Source: Neoechinorhynchus agilis (Eukaryota > Animalia > Acanthocephala). Taken from it: a stretch of DNA of 64,000 nt. The stretch spans positions 4,566,784-4,630,783 of the forward strand of contig CM121341.1 in the NCBI GenBank assembly GCA_051530055.1, in the 5' to 3' direction. Within the stretch, counting starts at the first letter, position 1; each line of letters starts with the position of its first letter. This document shows, piece by piece, positions 12,823-24,409 of the stretch. Both the position numbers and the translations under genes were made by a program. Under the pieces are notes generated by a model, which searched no databases, was not told the DNA's origin, and saw only the letters and a program-made list of their open reading frames with translations.

Positions 12823-13416
12823 ATGAACCATAGCTTTGTTTATTCTCCATCCGATGATACGTATACGCTTGAAGATGCAGTTATCTCATCTTTTTGTCTA
12901 AAAGAAGAGTCTCTAATAGCCATGGAGATGGGAATTGGATCTGGACGAATTAGTGCCGCTCTTCTTCAATCTCAAAGATTCGCAACCCTTCCTCGATTCC
13001 TAATCGGCATCGACGTAAACCCAGAAGCTTGCCTAATAGCTAAATATACGCTCAATGGATCAAACGATAGTACAATGTTGTTTGACATCGTATGTTCGGA
13101 CTTGACCAGCGCTTTCCGTCCCACACGATTCGACATTGTAATGTTTAACCCGCCTTATGTTGAAACTGAAGATTGCGACGTCGTGAAAGACGAGTGCCGC
13201 AGTTGGGCTGGTGGAGCTCGAGGTCGAGTTGTGGTCGATTCCTTCATTAGTCGAATCCATGACTTTGTCGGAGGACAGTTGTTTCTTTTGACTGTGAGTC
13301 AGAATGAAGTGGAGGACGTTTTGAAGTTCATGAAACAAAATCGGTTAATCGGATCTGTTGTACTTGAACGGAAAATGAATGAACATTATTACGTCATTAG
13401 AGCTATCGGTCAATAA
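12823..13416 (+). CDS. N6AMT1: HemK2/Mtq2 eRF1 glutamine methyltransferase, intronless
   Basis: VYSPSDDTYTL, EMGIGSG (SAM motif I), IDVNPEA, MFNPPY, WAGGARGRVVVD. Confidence 0.93.
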   Translation: MNHSFVYSPSDDTYTLEDAVISSFCLKEESLIAMEMGIGSGRISAALLQSQRFATLPRFLIGIDVNPEACLIAKYTLNGSNDSTMLFDIVCSDLTSAFRPTRFDIVMFNPPYVETEDCDVVKDECRSWAGGARGRVVVDSFISRIHDFVGGQLFLLTVSQNEVEDVLKFMKQNRLIGSVVLERKMNEHYYVIRAIGQ

Positions 13417-13429
13417 CGATTGCTTTTTG

Positions 13430-13900
13430 CGACAAAAAAATCCCGGATTTATTAGCGATGCAAACAACCAATTTCATGCACCTTCTATAAAACTATTCAA
13501 TGTCTTGTTTTTTAAGGCAAAAGTTTTCTTGATATTTTTTCCATACACGGACACCCGCAGTCCACCGATTCATTGGTCTCAGAAGCGCTGGTCTGCGCTC
13601 AATGCCCCCCAAGACCGTACGGTAAGTTCCCCAGGAGGAGATGGGACTCTCATCAGAGGTATTTCGTCCTCTTTTTGGTTGTGGGTCATTAACGATAACG
13701 GATTCGAACCCCAACTGGTGGGATCTGGAGCATTAGTCCACTTAAAGACTACCACCGGCTGAGTCACATATGAAAATTCTAAAAAACGTTTTCTTGTTGA
13801 TTTATTAGCTATCTTCTTTCATTTGTAGCTGAAATCGGGAAAATGTTTTCTAAAGCAAAAGTTTTCTTGTGAGAGCACAGGATCCAACGGACTCGATTGC
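13430..13900 (-). mobile_element. Tc1/mariner-like transposase remnant
   Basis: Degenerate WILCSHKKTFAL (cf. W--V-FSDEKKF-L) and TVRSWGALS (cf. SVMVWGCFS). Related nucleotide motifs at ~52580, ~58400, ~58850 and ~59300. Confidence 0.45.
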
Positions 13901-14173
13901 CCCAAAAACCGAGCTCAATGAACGGTATTCCATCTCTTTTCAAAACGGTTTTTTTAATCGAGATGACAGAAAAGGAAAAAAGAGGACGATTGCTAAGATC
14001 AACTTGTCCCTTTGAAATTAGGTTTGGCACCGAAAAAAGGCGCTCTGAATTAATCTTGAACCTTAGGAGATGGTCGCAAAAATGTAACATTTTCCTCACT
14101 ACTTAAGACGACCCTGTGATATAAACTTAAATCAATTTCGCCTTTACTGATCGATGTAGACCGTTCGAACGTT

Positions 14174-14526
14174 TCACGCCTTTCCTTGTTTGAACTCTTC
14201 TTCTACTTGCTTACGGTTTCGTTCATGAGGATGTAGTTTGTCTTGAAAGCAACCTAATCGACGGAACTTATTTGCAAGAAAGCTACGAAAATACCTTTGC
14301 AGTAGATCTCTCCGTCTTGATCTTTGTAAGTATGGAGAGTTAAACCAGTATTGCAGGTTTTGCATCGAAAACAAGCCTTGTGCCATTGCTATAAGGACGA
14401 GAGCTATTTGTGTTCAAAATAATCAGATCAACAAACGGAGCTACAGGCTGCAATCTTCTCAGCCGCATACACAGTTTTACCACATCGTGAGCACTTTTCG
14501 GTTGTTCCACCAAATTTTGGAGGCAT
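14174..14526 (-). CDS. 87-aa single-LIM-domain protein (CRIP/MLP-like), 3 exons
   Basis: Exons 14526-14437, 14388-14295 and 14253-14174 with 48- and 41-bp GT-AG introns give MPPKFGGTTEKCSRCGKTVYAAEKIAACSSQWHKACFRCKTCNTGLTLHTYKDQDGEIYCKGCFQDK..., a complete LIM C-C-H-C/C-C-C-C pattern. Missed by the ORF track. Confidence 0.92.
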
Positions 14527-14828
14527 CTCTACGAGAAGTGTTATGTGATGAAAGGAAGGTCTTACAATCTCCCACTATTTATCCTCTCTTCTCCCCCCCA
14601 CACACAATTGCATCACGTAGCTTTTCCGTGAAAACGAGAGGAAATGTTTATCCTTTTGGGGTGCAAACAATCATAATGTTAAGTGGAAGGAAACGAGATG
14701 GAAGAGAGCTGCAGTGACAGCACATGAGAAATCCAAAAGCCAGCATTTGGGCCTAGGATAATCGAACCAATCGTGGCTTTTTGACAGAAATAATCAAGAC
14801 AAAATTTATCAGGCTCATTCATCAGTCA

Positions 14829-16820
14829 GTTTTATCCAATGGCCAACAACGTTTTGTAGTGTTCTTGCAAAAGAAATTCGGGGAACCGCTGATAATACTT
14901 AGCCAACAAATAAACAGCTCAAAAATAGACGAATTCTTTTAAAAGAATTCCCACAGAAAATAAAATCATCAGTTAAAGTAATTGAAATCAGTGAGTTTTA
15001 TCCAATGGCCACCAACGATTTGTAGTGTTCTTGCAAAAGAAATTCGGGGAACCGCTGATAATACTTAGCCAACAAATAAACAGCTCAAAAATAGACGAAT
15101 TCTTTTAATAGAATTCCCATAGAAAATAAAATCATCAGTTAAAGTAATTGAAATCAGTGAGTTTTATCCAATGGCCAACAACGTTTTCTAGTGTTCTTGC
15201 AAAAGAAATTCGGGGAACCGCTGATAATACTTAGCCAACAAATAAACAGCTCAAAAATAGACGAATTCTTTTAATAGAATTCCCATAGAAAATAAAATCA
15301 TCATTTAAAGTAATTGAAATCAGTGAGTTTTATCCAATGGCCACCAACGTTTTCTAGTGTTCTTGCAAAAGAAATTCGGGGAACCGCTGATAATACTTAG
15401 CCAACAAATAAACAGCTCAAAAATAGACGAATTCTTTTAATAGAATTCCCATAGAAAATAAAATCATCAGTTAAAGTAATTGAAATCAGTAGTTTTATCC
15501 AATGGCCAACAACGTTTTGTAGTGTTCTTGCAAAAGAAATTCGGGGAACCGCTGATAATACTTAGCCAACAAATAAACAGCTCAAAAATAGACGAATTCT
15601 TTTAATAGAATTCCCATAGAAAATAAAATCATCAGTTAAAGTAATTGAAATCAGTGAGTTTTATCCAATGGCCAACAACGTTTTCTAGTGTTCTTGCAAA
15701 AGAAATTCGGGGAACCGCTGATAATACTTAGCCAACAAATAAACAGCTCAAAAATAGACGAATTCTTTTAATAGAATTCCCATAGAAAATAAAATCATCA
15801 GTTAAAGTAATTGAAATCAGTGAGTTTTATCCAATGGCCACCAACGTTTTGTAGTGTTCTTGCAAAAGAAATTCGGGGAACCGCTGATAATACTTAGCCA
15901 ACAAATAAACAGCTCAAAAATAGACGAATTCTTTTAATAGAATTCCCATAGAAAATAAAATCATCAGTTAAAGTAATTGAAATCAGTGAGTTTTATCCAA
16001 TGGCCACCAACGTTTTCTAGTGTTCTTGCAAAAGAAATTCGGGGAACCGCTGATAATACTTAGCCAACAAATAAACAGCTCAAAAATAGACGAATTCTTT
16101 TAATAGAATTCCCATAGAAAATAAAATCATCATTTGGAGTAATTGAAAGAAACTCGGGGAACCGCTGATAATACTTAGCCAACAAATAAACAGCTCAAAA
16201 ATAGACGAATTCTTTTAATAGAATTCCCATAGAAAATAAAATCATCATTTGGAGTAATTGAAAGAAACTCGGGGAACCGCTGATAATACTTAGCCAACAA
16301 ATAAACAGCTCAAAAATAGACGAATTCTTTTAATAGAATTCCCATAGAAAATAAAATCATCATTTGGAGTAATTGAAAGAAACTCGGGGAACCGCTGATA
16401 ATACTTAGCCAACAAATAAACAGCTCAAAAATAGACGAATTCTTTTAATAGAATTCCCATAGAAAATAAAATCATCATTTGGAGTAATTGAAAGAAACTC
16501 GGGGAACCGCTGATAATACTTAGCCAACAAATAAACAGCTCAAAAATAGACGAATTCTTTTAATAGAATTCCCATAGAAAATAAAATCATCATTTGGAGT
16601 AATTGAAAGAAACTCGGGGAACCGCTGATAATACTTAGCCAACAAATAAACAGCTCAAAAATAGACGAATTCTTTTAATAGAATTCCCATAGAAAATAAA
16701 ATCATCATTTGAAGACCGCTGACAATACTTTGCCAACAAATAAACAGCTCAAAAATAGACGGATTCTTTTAAAAGAATTCCCACAGAAAATAAAATCATC
16801 AGTTAAAGTAATTGAAATCA
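14829..16820. repeat. Tandem array: ~8 x 166-bp units switching to 5 x 115-bp deletion-derivative units
   Basis: gttttatccaatgg at 14829, 14995 and onward; ctcggggaacc at 16153, 16268, 16383, 16498, 16613. Confidence 0.95.
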
Positions 16821-17375
16821 GATTTGTTACTGATGTGTTGCTCCCAGCGAAGATGTTTTGGGAAGAAAATGTAAATTGGATTGCAATTGCACTCCGGCCG
16901 AGATAAATGGTGGTTCTTCGAAAGGTTTAAACAAAATAGCAAGCGAAAGTTAATTAATAATGTTGTAGCTTTGCATTCAATTCTTCAAAATCGTATCTTA
17001 GCCGCAAATCTTCAAATCCTAGATATTTAAATAATAGTAACCTTAAATTCATTACACTGTGGTTCTTACAAAACAATTAATCGTATTTCACAGTTCTGTG
17101 AGCATTTTAAATCACAACTTTCAATTATAAAGGACAAATCTATAATTTAGGAGGTAGCTTTCATATAGCGTCTTAACAGAGAAGATTCTGAAATAATTCT
17201 CTACACCTGATAATCTTTTGTAACAAAAAACCAGTTTTAAAGTGATTTGTATATTAATGATGTTAAAGAGTCTCTCTTCACTCAAAACGCGAAAATGGAT
17301 TCCGCCGAACCATCAACGCAAAAAAACATGAAAAAAACGGTTAATCGTCAAACAAATCGTAAATTGTGGAAAATG

Positions 17376-18072
17376 GAACTATTCATGTTTGTGGCGAGGT
17401 TGGAACCAAGATTCTTTGTTGAATAAAAATTAAAGGAATTTAGATTGTTTTCGGCAACGGGAACAATCTTGTACGTATTCTCGATCAAGGCTGGAACCAA
17501 GATTCTTTGTTGAATAAAAATTAAAGGAATTTAGATTGTTTTCGGCAACGGGAACAATCTTGTACGTATTCTCGATCAAGGTTGGAACCAAGATTCTTTG
17601 TTGAATAAAAATTAAAGGAATTTCGATTGTTTTCGGCAACGGGAACAATCTTGTACGTATTCTCGATCAAGGCTGGAACCAAGATTCTTTGTTGAATAAA
17701 AATTAAAGGAATTTCGATTGTTTTTGGCAACGGGAACAATCTTGTACGTATTCTCGATCAAGGTTGGAACCAAGATTCTTTGTTGAATAAAAATTAAAGG
17801 AATTTCGATTGTTTTCGGCAAGCTAAATTAAAAGCGAATTGGAATACAAATTGAGAGTTCCTACGAGGCACGAGACTGTTTGTAAGCAAGCTGATTGTTA
17901 CTGTTGCCGAAACCAATCGAAATCAATCGAAATTCCTTTAATTTTTATTCAACAAAGAATCTTTGTTACGGCCTTGATCAAGGATGCGTACAAGACTGTG
18001 TCTTGTTGCCGAAACCAGTCGGAATCAATCGAAATTCCTTTAATTTTTACACGCCGCAAACATGAATAGTTC
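17376..18072. mobile_element. Foldback-type element: TIRs enclosing oppositely oriented 91-bp tandem repeats (related to MITE family A)
   Basis: Ends gaactattcatgtttgtggcg and cgccgcaaacatgaatagttc are inverted (20/21). About 4.7 x 91-bp units on the left and ~1.5 inverted, diverged units on the right. Confidence 0.8.
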
Positions 18073-18197
18073 AATCTTCAAAACACTTCAAGATGCGTGA
18101 CCGTGGCTCGTTCAGCTACCAAACAGATAAATTTCTCGTTTATTTGGACCATGAATGGCACCAAGTTTTAAAATTCTCGCCTCCTTGCTTGATTTTT

Positions 18198-19978
18198 TCA
18201 ATAAAATCTCCTTGCTCTCGGTCTTACTGTGACTGATGGTCCTTGTTTCTCTGTTATCGCCTCACTTTTCTCATTTTTCTTGAACTCGTTGAACATTTTA
18301 AGCACATCCGAAAAATCAAGGAAGAAGCATTCTGTGTATTTATACATTTGCCAAGGAGAAGCCAATCCACTAGTTTCTCTAATTGAATGCATTGCTAAAA
18401 TCGGGGGACCCAAATCGAATGTTACTATTCCAAGCAAAGAACTAATGCTCGGTCCATGAGTACTGCCCGTTCGCTTTCCGTTCATGGGGATGGTAGACTG
18501 CAACGGAACCCCGGACCGCTCTCCAACAATTCGGCTAAAGGCAGCAGCGATCCCAGTGGTTGCAAACTCCATTCGTGGATTGTATTTGAGTACTGGACCG
18601 CCATTAAGAGTCGGCTGGCTGCTTTTCTCGTACCAACTCCTATATTTTTTCCGTTTGGAGCGTTTAAATGAGCTAAAAAAGCACTTACGCGTAATTCGGG
18701 TTCACTGCATGGTCAACATCGGCCGAAAGAGCGACGGATCTGTCAAGGACCGAAGCGTAGTGTTCAGCTGTCGTGATCTTTGTGAGCACTTGAACGGTGA
18801 AATCACTAGAAGCTCCAACGTCGCTTTTATTTCCAATCTTTTTAGCACGAGATAAGTTGAGCTAAATAAAATGGACTAACCTCTTCATGATCGTAAGTTG
18901 CGTATATGATTCCATGAGGAAGATTGTTGAACGCGGGTTTATTAACGGCACTCAGAAGAGACTACAGAACGACTTAGTCAAATAAATCAATATCCGAAAT
19001 GCTTACTCTGTAGCAAGCGAACGAAGAAATCTGATTATCTTGATTTTGAGCGAAGATGAAATCATTGTTCACACCTCCAATACAGGCGGGTTCAACGTCG
19101 GTCAGATTTAGATCAAATTCAAGGATGTCTTCTTGTGCGCAACCCAAACTATCTGCCAATAATTTTAAAAGAATTGGGTGATGCCTTTGAGTAATATCCC
19201 TCTTGTTCTCGTCGTATCCTTCACTGAGACCGATTATCGGCAATCTTAATGAGAGAGAACAAGTTGCAATGGTTTTTGTGTTAAATTAAACCTACAATTG
19301 ATCTTCGTGATTAAAAGTAAAACTAGTGTTCATTGAACTATCAAAATGGATGGCTAGACTTGCTATTTTAGCGATTGGTTTGTTATTAGACACTAATTTG
19401 GAATCAATTTTTGTTCCATTGCGTACAAATACACGTCCAGCGAGTCCAAGGTCTTTATCGAACCAAGTATGCCATAATCCTCCACCGTACTGTGCAGCAC
19501 CGACTTCAAGATATCCAAGATTACCTCTGGCTGAGTATGGCTTCACCTTTTTTAAAATGAAGAAAAGATTATTTGGTGAAAAGGATTACTCTTAGTGAAG
19601 GGCTATCTGAATGTGGAGCACAAATCGCCAATGGGCTGTCTGGCTTCCAGTTTCCACCAAGGGCAAATGCAATCAATGTCGATCCTCCCTTTTGAATCAT
19701 GTACTGTATTAGAAAAATTATAAGATTAATGTTTCTTCTATTAAGATAAACGAACCCTTCCTTTTGGTTTCAGATTCCAATCACTCGAAAGATCCAGTTC
19801 TATAAAACCATTACTTAGTAAGTCTTCACGTACAGAGTTTACGACTATGAATTTCACGAAGATTAAAAATGTTACAAAGAAAAAAAGCTTGCATCTCACC
19901 GTGCCATGGACTCTTTGATTTATTGAGAAAATCAACATAATCTTCTGCGAACTTAACGACCTCATCGGAGTAACTCAT
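18198..19978 (-). CDS. DNPEP: Aspartyl aminopeptidase (M18 family), multi-exon
   Basis: FLNKSKSPWH, HSDSP, QYGGGLWHTWFDKDLGLAGRV, LAIH, QDNQISS, DHEE|IG, SADVDHAVNPNY, GSTHGP, DLGPPILAMHSIRE. All expected metal ligands are present; short GT-AG introns. Confidence 0.95.
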
Positions 19979-20574
19979 TGTAGCCTTTTTTTCCTTCGAT
20001 GTGGAGGTGAGAATGTTTTTGTTGGCAACCGCTAACGTTATCCGCCTTAAATCCACCTGAAACTTATTTGCGTCAAGTTTGACTCAACAAATGACTAAAC
20101 TCAAAAGGAGTTAAAAAACGGGTTTATCACATTCATCAGTCTATTGCGCATAGGGCGTAGCCCGATAACAATGAGTACGACTGCGCTATAAAGAATTCCG
20201 GTTTTGACGATATCCAGAAAAATAAACGCGATTAACCAAGGCCAGAAATCAGTTCCATTTTTCGTTTATTTCACTGAAAATCAATCGCAAAACTGATCCT
20301 CTGAGATTTATCTCTAAATTAACTTTAAAAAATCAGTGTATTTTCTAAAGATTTTCGATGAACTTTTTTAATTGCTAATAATCAATAAAGAATCTAGCAT
20401 TTCTTGCGAGATTTGAGATTTAGAATAAAAAGTGTCATGATCATCATAAAAAGGATGAGCATGTCGCTAGTTATGCTCCAGATACAACAGCGATCATAAT
20501 CCCCCAACCACGAGATCGAAAACATATCATCCAGATATAAGAGGCCGAATAACATCCTGAACGGAGAATCTTAC

Positions 20575-23012
20575 TTCTTCTCACGCATTTTTCTCTCTCG
20601 AGAAAGGTTGCGGTTCCCTCAACAACGAATTTATTCTGTTTGATGCAATCCAACCACCGTTTCCTCGTCGGCGATTTCCCGTTATCTCCAGTCTCTCCGT
20701 CCGGGTGAAGAACTTGCCCGTCGCACATAGGAGACGTCTTAGTTCTTTGGTTGATTCGGTTGTTAGTTGTCATTTGGATCAAAATTTGGCAAGAATTTTA
20801 CATTCAGGTGCCTTTCCTAACGCCAACCCTTTTCCTTTTTCAGCGGGCTTGGGACCGTCCTTGGCCGAGTTAAAACAATCTCCAATTTTTCTTCTTCTCA
20901 CGCATTTTGCTCTCTTTCGCGAGGTTGCGGTTCCCTCAACAACGAATTTATTCTGTTTGATGCAATCCAACCACCGTTTCCTCGTCGGCGATTTCCCGTT
21001 ATCTCCAGTCTCTCCGTCCGGGTGGCAAGAATTTTACATCCAGGTGCATTTCCTAACGCCAACCCTCCTCCTTTTTCAAGCGGGCTTGGGACCGTCCTTG
21101 GCCGAGTTAAAACAATCTCCAATTTTTCTTCTCACTGGCGCATTTTTCTCTCTCTCGAGAAGGTTGCGGTTCCCTCAACAACGAATTTATTCTGTTTGAT
21201 GCAATCCAACCACCGTTTCCTCGTCGGCGATTTCCCGTTATCTCCAGTCTCTCCGTCCGGGTGAAGAACTTGCCCGTCGCACATAGGAGACGTCTTAGTT
21301 CTTTGGTTGATTCGGTTGTTAGTTGTCATTTGGATCAAAATTTGGCAAGAATTTTACATTCAGGTGCCTTTCCTAACGCCAACCCTTTTCCTTTTTCAGG
21401 CGGGCTTGGGACCGTCCTTGGCCGAGTTAAAACAATCTCCAATTTTTCTTCTCACGCATTTTTCTCTCTCTCGAGAAAGGTTGCGGTTCCCTCAACAACG
21501 AATTTATTCTGTTTGATGCAATCCAACCACCGTTTCCTCGTCGGCGATTTCCCGTTATCTCCAATCTCTCCGTCCGGGTGAAGAACTTGCCCGTCGCACA
21601 TAGGAGACGTCTTAGTTCTTTGGTTGATTCGGTTGTTAGTTGTCATTTGGATCAAAATTTGGCAAGAATTTTACATTCAGGTGCCTTTCCTAACGCCAAC
21701 CCTTTTCCTTTTTCAAGCGGGCTTGGGACCGTCCTTGGCCGAGTTAAAACAATCTCCAATTTTTCTTCTCACGCATTTTTCTCTCTTCGCGAGGTTGCGG
21801 TTCCCTCAACAACGAATTTATTCTGTTTGATGCAATCCAACCACCGTTTCCTCGTCGGCGATTTCCCGTTATCTCCATCTCTCCGTCCGGGTGAAGAACT
21901 TGCCCGTCGCACATAGGAGACGTCTTAGTTTTGGTTGTTGGTTGTTAGTTGTTTTGGATAAAATTTGGCAAGAATTTTACATTCAGGTGCTTTCCTAACG
22001 CCAACCCTTCCTTTTTCAGCGGGCTTGGGACCGTCCTTGGCCGAGTTAAAACAATCTCCAATTTTTCTTCTCCGCATTTTTCTCTCTTCGGAGGTTGCGG
22101 TTCCCTCACAACGAATTTATTCTGTTTGATGCAATCCAACCACCGTTTCCTCGTCGGCGATTTCCCGTTATCTCCAGTCTCTCCGTCCGGGTGAAGAACT
22201 TGCCCGTCGCAATAGGAGACGTCTTGTTCTTGGTTGATTCGGTTGTTAGTTGTCATTTGGATCAAAATTTGGCAAGAATTTTACATCAGGTGCTTTCCTA
22301 ACGCCAACCCTTCCTTTTTCACGGGCTTGGGACCGTCCTTGGCCGAGTTAAAACATCTCCAATTTTTCTTCTCTGCATTTTCTCTCTTCGGAGGTTGCGG
22401 TTCCCTCACAACAATTTATTCTGTTTGATGCAATCCAACCACCGTTTCCTCGTCGGCGATTTCCCGTTATCTCCAGTTTGTGGGTGTTTTTTGCAAGAAT
22501 TTTACATCAGGTGCTTTCCTAACGCCAACCTTTCCTTTTTCAGCGGGCTTGGGACCGTCCTTGGCCGAGTTAAAACAATCTCAATTTTTCTTCTCTGCAT
22601 TTTTCTCTCTCTCGAGAAGGTTGCGGTTCCCTCAACAACGAATTTATTCTGTTTGATGCAATCTAACCACCGTTTCCTGTCGGCGATTTCCCGTTATCTC
22701 CAGTCTCTCCGTCCGGGTGAAGAACTTGCCCGTCGCACATAGGAGACGTCTTAGTTCTTTGGTTGATTCGGTTGTTAGTTGTCATTTGGATCAAAATTTG
22801 GCAAGAATTTTACATTCAGGTGCCTTTCCTAACGCCAACCCTTTTCCTTTTTCAAGCGGGCTTGGGACCGTCCTTGGCCGAGTTAAAACAATCTCCAATT
22901 TTTCTTCTTCTCACGCATTTTGCTCTCTTTCGAGAGGTTGCGGTTCCCTCAACAACCAATTTATTCTGTTTGATGCAATCCAACCACCGTTTCCTCGTCG
23001 GCGATTTCCCGT
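20575..23012. repeat. Second array of the ~315-bp family R, ~8 units with internal deletions
   Basis: Same unit and orientation as 5920-7210; some units lack the gtgaagaac...ttgg segment (e.g. at 21022). Confidence 0.95.
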
Positions 23013-23013
23013 T

Positions 23014-23359
23014 ACTAATCTAAATTTCCCCGATAATTCACCTATCGGAAAATAAATCCGACATTTTCTCAAGGTTTTTCATTGTTTGGAAGTAAATGAA
23101 AGGGAGTTTCTCCCTAATTTAGTTTCTAAATCTATAAAAATTGAAATGAAACTTTGGTTTTTTAAGAACTGGCAAACGGATTATGAAACTCGACGAGGTT
23201 CCAAACGTCTTAAAAAATTCTTTACCAGCTTGAGACTTTTAAATAACATTTCTAAAGGATACTTTTCTAGAATTGGTCACGAATCGTGAATTTAATTTCT
23301 TTTTTCTTAGTTTTTCGACGATTCGGCCGGATTTAAATCTTCGCCAATCTAAATTTCCC
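23014..23359. repeat. Single ~330-bp family C-derived unit bounded by aatctaaatttccc direct repeats
   Basis: Near-identical to the units at 46001-47268; same start (actaatcta) and end (aatctaaatttccc). Confidence 0.85.
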
Positions 23360-23588
23360 AGACCAAAGTTTAATTCCAATTTTGATAGATTTGAAGCTAA
23401 ATTAAAGACTGATATTTTTTTGAACATAAAATGACTATTGCATTTTAAGAAGTTTCTAAAAGGGATCACAGTGGGAGCTAAAAACTGATCTTTGTTCAAA
23501 AAAGGAATTCGTTCAATTTATTGAACAAAATCGGAAAGAAAATAACATAAATGGCAAAAAATTTTAATTTCAAAATGAATTCTTGACC

Positions 23589-23992
23589 ATGAATTCAAAG
23601 TCTGCTTCCGATCGTTTATGCTCAATCATTGATTCTGTATTTCCGAATGCTCCTATGATCGGAAATCTCCATATCATTTCATTTGATGAAATAATAAAAA
23701 GCGAAGACCAAGATTTGAATTGTGATGAAAAAATCATAGTGAGTAATTTAGAAATTTGGTTTTTAATAACTTTACGTTTCCATAGAATGCCTTTTATGAA
23801 GCTTTCGAGAATGACATTTTAAAAGGTTACATCGATGAATTTGAACGCCGACTTGAGATTTTATCACTCAAAAACGTGAATAATGATGTTCCGATATCGG
23901 AAATGAAAACAGTATTTAACGAAATGGCGGACCGAGCCAAAAAACAAGTTGAGATGCTCAAGAAAGAAATGGAAGACGGTTTAAAGAAATAA
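23589..23992 (+). CDS. Orphan 118-aa two-exon protein with predicted coiled-coil C-terminus
   Basis: Exon 23589-23738, 47-bp gtgagt...catag intron, exon 23786-23992. Open frame MNSKSASDRL...KII|NAFYEAFENDILKGYIDEFERRLE...LKKEMEDGLKK*. Confidence 0.6.
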
Positions 23993-24079
23993 AAACCATT
24001 TAGAAGCGTCTCTTTGTCGATAACACTTAAAAGGCTATGCGAAAATCGGCAAAGTAATCAAAAAAGTCAACATCCGGGC

Positions 24080-24230
24080 ATGAAGTTGGCTCACTCGCTC
24101 CGGTCTAAGGTTACAGAGTTTAGAAGATATTGCGATTCCGACGAGGTTCAGACATTTTGAAAGTCACGGAGTCCGTCATGAGCGTTACTGTCCTTGCTGT
24201 TATGTTGATCAAGGAATCCAGTGAAAATAG
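24080..24230 (+). mobile_element. Possible non-LTR ORF2 C-terminal Zn-knuckle remnant
   Basis: RLQSLEDIAIPTRFRHFESHGVRHERYCPCC resembles the L-IE-GR...R-C--C tail of LINE ORF2; short and stop-bounded. Confidence 0.35.
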
Positions 24231-24409
24231 CTTTCGTAGTGGGTCAAATCCGCTCATTTATTTAATAGCACAGTCCAATCGCATGTAGTTGATCGAAAAA
24301 AACGGTAGGGCTTTGCACTCGAAGGCACAGGACCAACCCCTCTTTTCTGGGGTTGATGGGCGATCTCAAACCTGATCCCCTACCCTTTCAATAGCCACGC
24401 AAGAAAAAC

